This document shows positions 9,549-17,053 of a DNA stretch of 64,000 nucleotides, piece after piece. The DNA lies in contig JAJYOK010000011.1 of assembly GCA_021796215.1 (NCBI GenBank), positions 4,747 through 68,746 of the forward strand, given 5' to 3'. The first letter of the stretch is position 1; the number at the start of each line of letters is the position of its first letter. Source of the DNA: Bacteroidota bacterium. Lineage in GTDB: Bacteria; Bacteroidota; Ignavibacteria; UBA10030; UBA8401. Both the position numbers and the translations under genes were made by a program. The notes under the pieces are model-generated. The model worked only from the letters and a program-made list of their open reading frames with translations. It ran no database searches and was not told the DNA's origin.

Positions 9549-10353
9549 ACGATGGCGACGCATGTTTCGCTTTCGACTTGACTTGCTCGCTCACCATGCC
9601 GAACCGGCGCTCGCGCCGTTGAAACTCTGCAATGGCTTCATACAACCATCGGCGGCGAAAATCAGGCCAGAGTAAATCACTGATGTACAATTCCGTGTAG
9701 GCGATCTGCCAGAGAAGAAAATTGCTGATGCGTAATTCCCCGCTTGTGCGAATCAACAAATCCGGATCGGGAATATCTTTTGTTGAAAGATACTGAGAGA
9801 TTAACTCGTCACGGATTTCTGAGGGGGCAATTTTCCCGGAATGAACATCGTGAACAATATTTTTTACTGCATTGAGAATATCCCACCGGCCGCTGTAACT
9901 CAAAGCAAGTACAAGCGTCAATCCGGTATTGTGCCGCAACATTTCCATTGCGTCAATCAATTCATCCTGAACATCCTGCGGAAGAGAGGCAATATCGCCG
10001 ATGCATGTGAGCCGCACGTTGTTGCTGTGCAGCCGGTCGCGTTCATCACGGAGTGCTCTCAGAATAAGGCGCATCAATGTAGAGACCTCATCCTTCGGGC
10101 GCCTCCAGTTTTCGGTTGAAAAGGTGTACAGCGTCAAATACTTCACCCCCAGCTCACCGCACGCTTCAACAATGTCTCGCACGGAATTCACACCTTCATG
10201 GTGGCCGGCAACGCGCGGCAATTTCTTTTTCTTTGCCCATCGCCCATTGCCGTCCATAATAATGGCGATATGTTTCGGAATATCTCCGCTCGCCCGAAGC
10301 TGCTCCTGATGTTTTTTATCTTGAGCGGCCGCCGCCGCTGAACCTTTATTCAA
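9511..10353 (-). CDS. uppS: isoprenyl transferase (undecaprenyl-diphosphate synthase)
   Basis: HIAIIMDGNGRWA, FSTENW and RERRFG motifs. Apparent TTG start at 10353 (no in-frame ATG upstream of the conserved core). The C-terminal tail overlaps the bamA start by about 38-53 nt. Confidence 0.88.
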   Translation of the reverse strand: MNKGSAAAAAQDKKHQEQLRASGDIPKHIAIIMDGNGRWAKKKKLPRVAGHHEGVNSVRDIVEACGELGVKYLTLYTFSTENWRRPKDEVSTLMRLILRALRDERDRLHSNNVRLTCIGDIASLPQDVQDELIDAMEMLRHNTGLTLVLALSYSGRWDILNAVKNIVHDVHSGKIAPSEIRDELISQYLSTKDIPDPDLLIRTSGELRISNFLLWQIAYTELYISDLLWPDFRRRWLYEAIAEFQRRERRFGMVSEQVKSKAKHASPSYVERFSKSASGL

Positions 10354-10730
10354 CTAGCTCAACTCCTTACAAATATAATTACCGCCGTTATCGGCGTAGA
10401 TATTAAAGTAACCTTTTAAGTGAAAAAAGTCAAGAAAATAGGCACATTTGAAGAGTTTTTTCATGCTTTCTTCAACAAAAACTGATGGAAAAATACACCG
10501 CCAGCGAATAAAGTCAAAAAATCCACAAAAGAGATTACAAGAGCCAAAAGACTTTCTTTTCCTTCTCGGTCAATTACAGAATTAGACGAACGAAAAGTAA
10601 AAATAGCGACCACAGCGACTATCATTCCGTTTGCTTATTTTAGATTCATCTCGTACACTTAAAGTTGAATCCATTACGCCGTGCTGAACTGACATTACCA
10701 ACATTGATCTTTCTTTCTCAACAAAAAAAA

Positions 10731-11735
10731 GTGAAATTGAAAATCCGCCGTGCTTTATCTTTTGGCGGAACGTGGATACCAATTCTCGCGCTGGTGCTAA
10801 GTTTTTATTCCGGCTGCAGTTTGGATGCGCCACACGACAACCCGTTAGATCCGCTTTCGCCAAAATTTGAGAATGCCGGAACTATCCAAGGAAGGGTCCT
10901 TAGCCTCGGCAGTTCAGGAATCGCAAACGCCGTCGTCAGTTTTACGACCAGCGGTATTGCCGCAATTACGGACAACAACGGAAATTTCTCAGCAGAACAT
11001 GTTTCCGCCGGTACCATGCTCATTACTGTAACAAAAGACGGATTTCTTCCCGACAGCATCTCGCTGCAACTCGCTGCCGGACAAACAACATCGCTCGAAA
11101 TTCATCTCGACGCACTTCCGCAGATTTCTGGACAGCAAATTATTACAAAGAAAACCGACCAATGGTGGCCCGGACCGACATACAGCGCAGTGGTCACTGC
11201 CAATATCACCGATCCTGATGGTCAGACAGACTTTGATACAGCGTTTGTCACTGTAGATTCTCTTCAATTTGGAATGACATATTCCAACAGTGATAAGAAT
11301 TTTCAAACGACAATTCTTGCCGACAGCCTTCCCACAGGCAACCTTCAGTGGCTGATTGGAAAGACGTTAACAGTTTTTGCGAAGGACAAAGAGCGTGCTT
11401 TAACACAGGGTAATGATTTTTACGTCTCAAGAATAATCGAAGCGACTGCAATCCCGACTTCGCCGACAACACAAGACACAGTACGGGATTCATTATATTT
11501 CCAATGGAATCCGCCGTCATTGACTTTTCCCTATACATTCACTATCAATCTTTACATGCTCAACAGCGGGACACCGCTGTGGACAGAATCAAATATCGTT
11601 CCTGCGCCGCCATTCGCGTTTACATTTCCGGGCTTTACCACACTACAGCCAGGCTCATACTATTGGACAGTCGCCGTAATTGATGAATTCGGAAACAGCG
11701 CCCGGTCAAAGGAGGCATCGTTCATCGTACCATGA
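10731..11735 (+). CDS. lipoprotein with carboxypeptidase-regulatory-like (CarbopepD_reg) domain
   Basis: Probable GTG start giving lipobox signal VKLKIRRALSFGGTWIPILALVLSFYSGC. CarbopepD_reg-like segment GTIQGRVL...ITDNNGNF...GTMLITVTKDGF. Stop overlaps the EBP start (ATGA). Confidence 0.5.
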   Translation: MKLKIRRALSFGGTWIPILALVLSFYSGCSLDAPHDNPLDPLSPKFENAGTIQGRVLSLGSSGIANAVVSFTTSGIAAITDNNGNFSAEHVSAGTMLITVTKDGFLPDSISLQLAAGQTTSLEIHLDALPQISGQQIITKKTDQWWPGPTYSAVVTANITDPDGQTDFDTAFVTVDSLQFGMTYSNSDKNFQTTILADSLPTGNLQWLIGKTLTVFAKDKERALTQGNDFYVSRIIEATAIPTSPTTQDTVRDSLYFQWNPPSLTFPYTFTINLYMLNSGTPLWTESNIVPAPPFAFTFPGFTTLQPGSYYWTVAVIDEFGNSARSKEASFIVP

Positions 11736-13231
11736 AAAAAACAGAAGAACACCCTGCAGTGCAAGATTCATTCGACGCATTGTATAACATCACGCAGAGC
11801 ATCAATTCCATTCTTGATCCGGAAGAATTGCTCGACAAGGTGCTCGAAATCGCAATGGAGCATCTTGATGCCGAGCGCGGTCTGATTCTGCTTAATAACA
11901 TCGAAAGCGAATTGGGATTCGACGTTGTCACCGCGAAGAACTTCACCGATACACATTCTTCCAGCAAACTTGCTGCGTCTTCTTCCGTCGTCAAGAAAGT
12001 ACTCTCTTCAGGCGAACCGGTGCTGACGTTCGATGCGCTTTCGGATGAACGATTCGAAGCGTCGCGCAGCATCGTTGCCCAGAAAATTCTTTCCATCATT
12101 TGCGTGCCGCTTCGGCAGATGGAACGGACCACCGGTGCACTGTATCTTGACACAACAAAAGCCCGCGGAAAATTCACGCAAGAAACTTTGAAATTTCTCG
12201 CAATCTTCGGACACCTTGCCGGTATCGCCATTGATAATGCGCGACGATACGATTCACTGCGTAAAGAAAACGAGCGGCTGAAAAATGAAGTCGGCTCCGC
12301 AACACTGCACGGCGAATTGATCGGACGAAGCAAAACATGGAAGGCAACGCTCGACCTCGTTATGCGCGTTGTTGATACCGACGCGTCCGTTCTTATCACC
12401 GGAGAAAGCGGCACTGGAAAAGAATTGATTGCCCGCGCAATCCATTTCAGCGGCAGACGGAAAGATAAACCGTTCATGGCAGTGAATTGTTCGGCAATTC
12501 CCGAACAGCTTCTCGAAAGTGAATTGTTCGGTTACAAAAAAGGCGCCTTCACCGGCGCGAGTGCGGATAAAATCGGACTGATCGAATATGCAAATGGCGG
12601 AACGCTTTTTCTTGATGAAGTCGGCGACCTCCCGGCTTCACTTCAGGCAAAGCTCCTGCGCGTGATTCAGGAGCGAGAAATCCGGCGAGTAGGCGATGTT
12701 CAGGATCGAAAAGTGGATGTAAGAATTGTTACTGCAACGAACAGGGATTTGGATGTAGAAATTAAAGAAGGAAAATTTCGCGACGACTTATATTTCCGGC
12801 TGAACGTCATCAGTATTCCGCTTGCTCCGCTGCGGGAACGCAAAGAAGATATTCCGCTTCTTGCACGTTATTTTATGGAGAAGGCTTCAACGGCACACAA
12901 ACGGCTGGTCAAGAACATCACGGCTGAAGCAATGGAAAAGTTGCTGAAACACCCGTGGCACGGCAACGCGCGCGAACTGCAAAATGTGATGGAGCGGGCT
13001 GTTGTGTTGTCGCGAGGCGAAGAGATTACGGAAGAAGATCTTCATCTTCAACTATTGACGGAAGAAGATCTTGTGCAAAGCGGTTTAACACTGGAAGAAT
13101 TCGAGCGGAAGCTCGTTGAGAAAACTCTTGTCGAGATGAACGATAATAGAACAAAAACAGCGGAGAAGTTAGGCGTTTCACTCCGCTGGCTGCAATATCG
13201 CCTGAAAGAATGGCATCGTGACACAAAATAA
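11732..13231 (+). CDS. sigma-54-dependent transcriptional activator (GAF domain, AAA+ sigma54-interaction domain, Fis-type HTH)
   Basis: GESGTGKE Walker A, ESELFGYKKGAFTGA (GAFTGA loop), arginine fingers, C-terminal HTH TKTAEKLGVSLRWLQYRL. N-terminal GAF-like domain. Confidence 0.9.
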   Translation: MKKTEEHPAVQDSFDALYNITQSINSILDPEELLDKVLEIAMEHLDAERGLILLNNIESELGFDVVTAKNFTDTHSSSKLAASSSVVKKVLSSGEPVLTFDALSDERFEASRSIVAQKILSIICVPLRQMERTTGALYLDTTKARGKFTQETLKFLAIFGHLAGIAIDNARRYDSLRKENERLKNEVGSATLHGELIGRSKTWKATLDLVMRVVDTDASVLITGESGTGKELIARAIHFSGRRKDKPFMAVNCSAIPEQLLESELFGYKKGAFTGASADKIGLIEYANGGTLFLDEVGDLPASLQAKLLRVIQEREIRRVGDVQDRKVDVRIVTATNRDLDVEIKEGKFRDDLYFRLNVISIPLAPLRERKEDIPLLARYFMEKASTAHKRLVKNITAEAMEKLLKHPWHGNARELQNVMERAVVLSRGEEITEEDLHLQLLTEEDLVQSGLTLEEFERKLVEKTLVEMNDNRTKTAEKLGVSLRWLQYRLKEWHRDTK

Positions 13232-14771
13232 TTTTACCATCATCGAAAAACTGAGCGAGGGACCGACTGCCATTGTTTTCAAGGCGCGGCAAAACGCACT
13301 TGAGCGGATCGTTCTGTTAAAAATGCTGCAACCGCATCTTGTGAAGGACAACGATGCCGCCGCGCGATTCATGCGCGAAGCGAAGGCGTGCGCCATATTG
13401 AAGTCGGAAAACATCGTGCAGGTATACGATGTGGCAGAATTTGAAAACTTACCTGCGATTGTTATGGAATTTGTAGACGGCACTCCGCTCGATGAGTTGT
13501 TGAAAACGCACGGTTCATTCGATGAAGCATTCTTACGGAAGACGGCGCAAGAAGTTCTCATTGCACTTGAAAATGCCCATGCGAACGGTGTGATTCATCG
13601 GGATATTAAGCCGGCAAATATTATTCTTTCAGACCGAAACATAATCAAAGTCACCGATTTCGGCATTGCCGCAGTGGCAAGCTCACCATCGTTGACGACT
13701 GAAGGAAATCTGATGGGAACGCCCGCGTATATGTCACCGGAGCAAGCGCGCGGAGAAACTGTTGACGAGCGGACCGATTTCTTTTCGCTCGGAGTTACGC
13801 TCATCGAACTTGCAACCGGTGAAAAAATCTTCGGCGGAAATTCGTACGCAGAATGCCTTCACAAAATTCTCGGCTTTGATGGAAAGCTTCCGGAACATTT
13901 CATGCCGAATACCTCTGTCAACTTCAAAACGTTTCTCTCAAAACTGATCACGCCAAATAAAGAGCATCGTTATACCACAGCAGCCGATGCACTGCAAGGA
14001 ATTTCTGGCACGAACACTCCCGCCTCCCAATCGAACGGAAAGCCGGTGAGATCGTATCGTAAAACTGCGATTCTTACATCAATTGCTGTTATCGCGATGG
14101 CAGCAGTAACAATTTTCTTTTCGAACCATCGAAAACAAACTGACAACGATTCGCCGACTGCCCATCCGGCAGCAGCGGCTTCGCAGAACAAAACAATCAA
14201 TACCGGCGAATCAAGCGAGCAAAAAAACGATTCGCCAAAAAATAATTTGCAGCCGTCAACTACACTGGATCATTTCCCTCAGCAATTGGAAATAAAAGAA
14301 AGTCCGGCTGTAAGCACGGCAGTTCCCATCGTAAAATCGGATTCCGGTTATCTTGCAATCACGTGCACGCCGTGGGGAAAAGTTTTTATTGACAGTCAAT
14401 ATATTGAAACGACGCCGATTGCCGGTACGGTCAGAGTGAGAAGCGGAACTCACGTTGTGACTTTTGTGAATCCCGATTTTGTTCCAATGATGAAAACGAT
14501 CACAATCAAAAAGAATACCCAAACTGCCGTGGATGCAAACTTTCTCGACAAAGCGGGTTATCTGTTTATCACGGCAGACCCTTGGGCAGACGTTTACATT
14601 GATGATCAGCACAGAGATACGACGCCGCTTTCTCACCCGATCATTACGTCAGCCGGTACGAGAAAAATTCGCTTACACAATCCGGCATTTAAGGACTATG
14701 AAACGATCATTACAGTGACCGCTCATGATACAGTGAAACTTAACTATTCTTTTGTTGTGGCGAAAAATTAG
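13218..14771 (+). CDS. serine/threonine protein kinase with TM segment and two C-terminal PEGA domains
   Basis: HRDIKPANI, DFG, SPE kinase motifs. TM helix AILTSIAVIAMAAVTIFF. Two PEGA-like repeats (CTPWGKVFIDSQ / ADPWADVYIDDQ). GTG start at 13218 overlaps the EBP stop by 14 nt. Confidence 0.85.
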   Translation: MTQNNFTIIEKLSEGPTAIVFKARQNALERIVLLKMLQPHLVKDNDAAARFMREAKACAILKSENIVQVYDVAEFENLPAIVMEFVDGTPLDELLKTHGSFDEAFLRKTAQEVLIALENAHANGVIHRDIKPANIILSDRNIIKVTDFGIAAVASSPSLTTEGNLMGTPAYMSPEQARGETVDERTDFFSLGVTLIELATGEKIFGGNSYAECLHKILGFDGKLPEHFMPNTSVNFKTFLSKLITPNKEHRYTTAADALQGISGTNTPASQSNGKPVRSYRKTAILTSIAVIAMAAVTIFFSNHRKQTDNDSPTAHPAAAASQNKTINTGESSEQKNDSPKNNLQPSTTLDHFPQQLEIKESPAVSTAVPIVKSDSGYLAITCTPWGKVFIDSQYIETTPIAGTVRVRSGTHVVTFVNPDFVPMMKTITIKKNTQTAVDANFLDKAGYLFITADPWADVYIDDQHRDTTPLSHPIITSAGTRKIRLHNPAFKDYETIITVTAHDTVKLNYSFVVAKN

Positions 14772-14808
14772 TTTTTCGGCACGAAGATTGTAGCATAATA
14801 TAGATAGA

Positions 14809-16113
14809 ATGAAAAAGAAAAAATCCATAGTGAACATTTTGGAACTTCCGGTCAGCATTCTTCTCCTGACATTTCTGCTGGTTTTACCTGTGTTTTCGCA
14901 GGTAAATGAGCAATTGTTCATGCCAACTCCTCGCTTCGGCATGTGTTCCGCACAGCTTGGAGATGTTATTTATCTTATCGGCGGAAGCACTAGTATAAGT
15001 GGTGAAAGCGAAGATGAAGTGCAAAATCTGCAGGTTTCTTCTGTGGTTGAAGCATTCAATCTGGATAGCTTGGTATGGTACACCAACATAGCGCATCTTA
15101 ACACTGCACGATTTTTTGCATGCAGCGCAGTCGCTGACAGCCAAATTTACGTGATGGGTGGAATGGATTCGAACGGTCATGCACTGAATTCTGTTGAAAG
15201 ATATGATCCGGTGCAAAATAAGTGGTCGTTCGTCGCATCAATGACCCAGTCCCGCCAAGGTGCGGCAGCCGTGACCGTAGGCGATTCAATTTATGTTTTC
15301 GGCGGCGCAAGTCATGGAAATTTGTTAGACGATGTTGAAGTGTATTCTGTTACAAACAATACGTGGACTATTCATCCTCAGATGATGACAGCACGCGCTT
15401 TCCATTTCGTTTTTCGTTATCGGAATATGATTTACATTATCGGTGGACTGAATCTGCTCGGTCCGTTGAAAGCGATTGAGCGTTACCCGCTGAATGGCAA
15501 TATGAACATGGGGTCGCTTTCGATGTATACTGCGCGAGTCAAATTCGGTGCTTTAGTCGTTCAAGACAGCCTGTTATTCATTATTTCCGGTATTGGCCCA
15601 ACAGGTGCGATCAGAGATGCCGAAGAGTTTCATGCAGATCGCGAAGCAACAACATTTGCTTCTTCAGTTTCAACAAACCTGCATTCTGCACGATTCGCAT
15701 TTATTGCAGCGATGGGAGCTAACAACAATACAATTTATCTTTTTGGCGGCTTATCACCTGATTATAAAAGCGGAAGCGCACCTGTTCCAGTTGTTGATCA
15801 AGTTTCTGCTGTCACTTCTGTCCCGAAATCTGATCCTCTAAATCCTATTAAATTTAGTATGAATCAAAATTTTCCAAACCCATTCAATCCGTCAACGAGA
15901 ATCACATTCGAAACGACGCAGGAAAATGAGCCGGTCAGATTGTCCGTCTTTAATATGATTGGGCAGGAGATACAAGTCCTTGTTGACAATCCGTTGCCGC
16001 GTGGCGAACACACAATCGAATTTAGCGGAAGCGAATTGCCAAGCGGAATTTATTTCTACCAACTCAGTTCTCCCGAAGGAACGTTGACGAAAAGGATGGT
16101 ATTGCTGAAATGA
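14809..16113 (+). CDS. Kelch-repeat protein with T9SS C-terminal sorting domain
   Basis: Signal peptide. Repeated IYxxGG/W Kelch blades. C-terminal NFPNPFNPST...GIYFYQLSS...MVLLK Por-secretion tail. Confidence 0.8.
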   Translation: MKKKKSIVNILELPVSILLLTFLLVLPVFSQVNEQLFMPTPRFGMCSAQLGDVIYLIGGSTSISGESEDEVQNLQVSSVVEAFNLDSLVWYTNIAHLNTARFFACSAVADSQIYVMGGMDSNGHALNSVERYDPVQNKWSFVASMTQSRQGAAAVTVGDSIYVFGGASHGNLLDDVEVYSVTNNTWTIHPQMMTARAFHFVFRYRNMIYIIGGLNLLGPLKAIERYPLNGNMNMGSLSMYTARVKFGALVVQDSLLFIISGIGPTGAIRDAEEFHADREATTFASSVSTNLHSARFAFIAAMGANNNTIYLFGGLSPDYKSGSAPVPVVDQVSAVTSVPKSDPLNPIKFSMNQNFPNPFNPSTRITFETTQENEPVRLSVFNMIGQEIQVLVDNPLPRGEHTIEFSGSELPSGIYFYQLSSPEGTLTKRMVLLK

Positions 16114-16886
16114 GTCTCACAGCACGAAGAACACTCGTAGTGCTGTTATTCATTTTCCTCAATCATGCGTACGGTCAAGTACCGGCGGCGCAAGATTCAA
16201 CTTTGCGTGCCATTGATACTCTTTTCACAAACGGGTCATATCTTTCTTCCGAACTTGAAGCGCGGCGTTTATTAGAAACTCCCGTCATCAGCGATTCTGT
16301 CAAAGCACAAGCGGAAAAGTACATCGCCTTTTCACTTGTTGCACAAGGGCAAAACGAAGCCGCGACTGAACATTTCATTTCTGCAATGAAATTGGATCCG
16401 GGATTTTCTCTCGATCCTGTTCTTACCTCTCCTAAAATTATGTCCGTTTACCGCGATGCGCGAGAACAATTCCGCATTCAACAATTGCAGCGACCGCCAA
16501 AAAATGAAAAGTCTATGCACGAAGAAGGCGGCGGACCAACATTGCGCGCTTTGATTTTCCCGGGATGGGAACAGATCTATCAAGGCAAAAGTGCGAAAGG
16601 ATATGTGCTGCTGGGAGCCGGTGTGATTTCGCTGGCTTCAACTTTGTATTTCGACCAGGTGCGAAAGGATAAACGTTCAAGTTATCTTGCCGCCGCCACG
16701 CCCGTAGAAGCTTCGGCACGTTATTCAAATTATAATTCAGCTTATAAAGCTGAATACTATTCTGCCGCTATCTTTGGAATTATTTACGTTTACTCAACCC
16801 TCGATGCATTTATTCCGCTTCCTCCTCAGTTTGATCTTTCCATTTCACCCTTCTCTTCCTCCCTTTCATTCAGCTATTCATGGTAA
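16110..16886 (+). CDS. DUF5683-like membrane protein (signal peptide, TPR-like N-region, two TM helices)
   Basis: ATGA overlap with the Kelch gene. C-terminal module LIFPGWEQIYQGK...LDAFIP is paralogous to the ORF at 57165-57797 (IPGAGQIYNG...LDAYVDA). Confidence 0.5.
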   Translation: MSLTARRTLVVLLFIFLNHAYGQVPAAQDSTLRAIDTLFTNGSYLSSELEARRLLETPVISDSVKAQAEKYIAFSLVAQGQNEAATEHFISAMKLDPGFSLDPVLTSPKIMSVYRDAREQFRIQQLQRPPKNEKSMHEEGGGPTLRALIFPGWEQIYQGKSAKGYVLLGAGVISLASTLYFDQVRKDKRSSYLAAATPVEASARYSNYNSAYKAEYYSAAIFGIIYVYSTLDAFIPLPPQFDLSISPFSSSLSFSYSW

Positions 16887-16907
16887 CGCGCAAAAGATGC
16901 GTGCTAT

Positions 16908-16924
16908 TCTGCAAGTCCTGCAGA
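16908..16924 (+). promoter_or_regulatory. 17-bp palindrome TCTGCAAGtCCTGCAGA, candidate EBP enhancer (UAS)
   Basis: 7/8 inverted repeat centred on 16916, 64-80 nt upstream of the sigma54 -24 element. Confidence 0.35.
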
Positions 16925-16986
16925 GATTTTCACATTGAATTTTCAAAAAAAACTCTAGGCGATTGAAATATAACGGATTATGCTTT

Positions 16987-17001
16987 TGGCACGGAGCTTG
17001 C
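16987..17001 (+). promoter_or_regulatory. sigma-54 (RpoN) promoter, -24/-12 elements
   Basis: TGGCACGgagcTTGC matches the consensus TGGCACG-N4-TTGCW exactly in both conserved dinucleotides (GG 16988-16989, GC 17000-17001) and spacing. About 52 nt upstream of the ATG at 17054, which has a good SD (AAGGAGA). Confidence 0.65.
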
Positions 17002-17053
17002 GGTTACTTACCCTAGTAACTAACATATCAAACATTATAAGGAGAGAAAAATC

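Noticed and set aside
10354-10464. 36-aa Cys-containing uORF (MKKLFKCAYFLDFFHLKGYFNIYADNGGNYICKELS) abutting the uppS TTG start, and a 40-aa plus-strand ORF at 10440-10562
   Set aside because: Below any reasonable length/conservation threshold and no SD. Kept only as a note because the uppS upstream region is unusually long (377 nt).
10582-10863. 93-aa minus-strand ORF
   Set aside because: Antisense to the start of the CarbopepD_reg lipoprotein gene. Arg/Cys-rich junk-like translation.
14777-14792. Second sigma54-like element CGGCACGaagaTTGT before the Kelch gene
   Set aside because: The -12 GC is GT and the predicted TSS would leave only about 8 nt of leader with no SD. Likely fortuitous, or at best a weak internal promoter. 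Mentioned under the promoter finding only.
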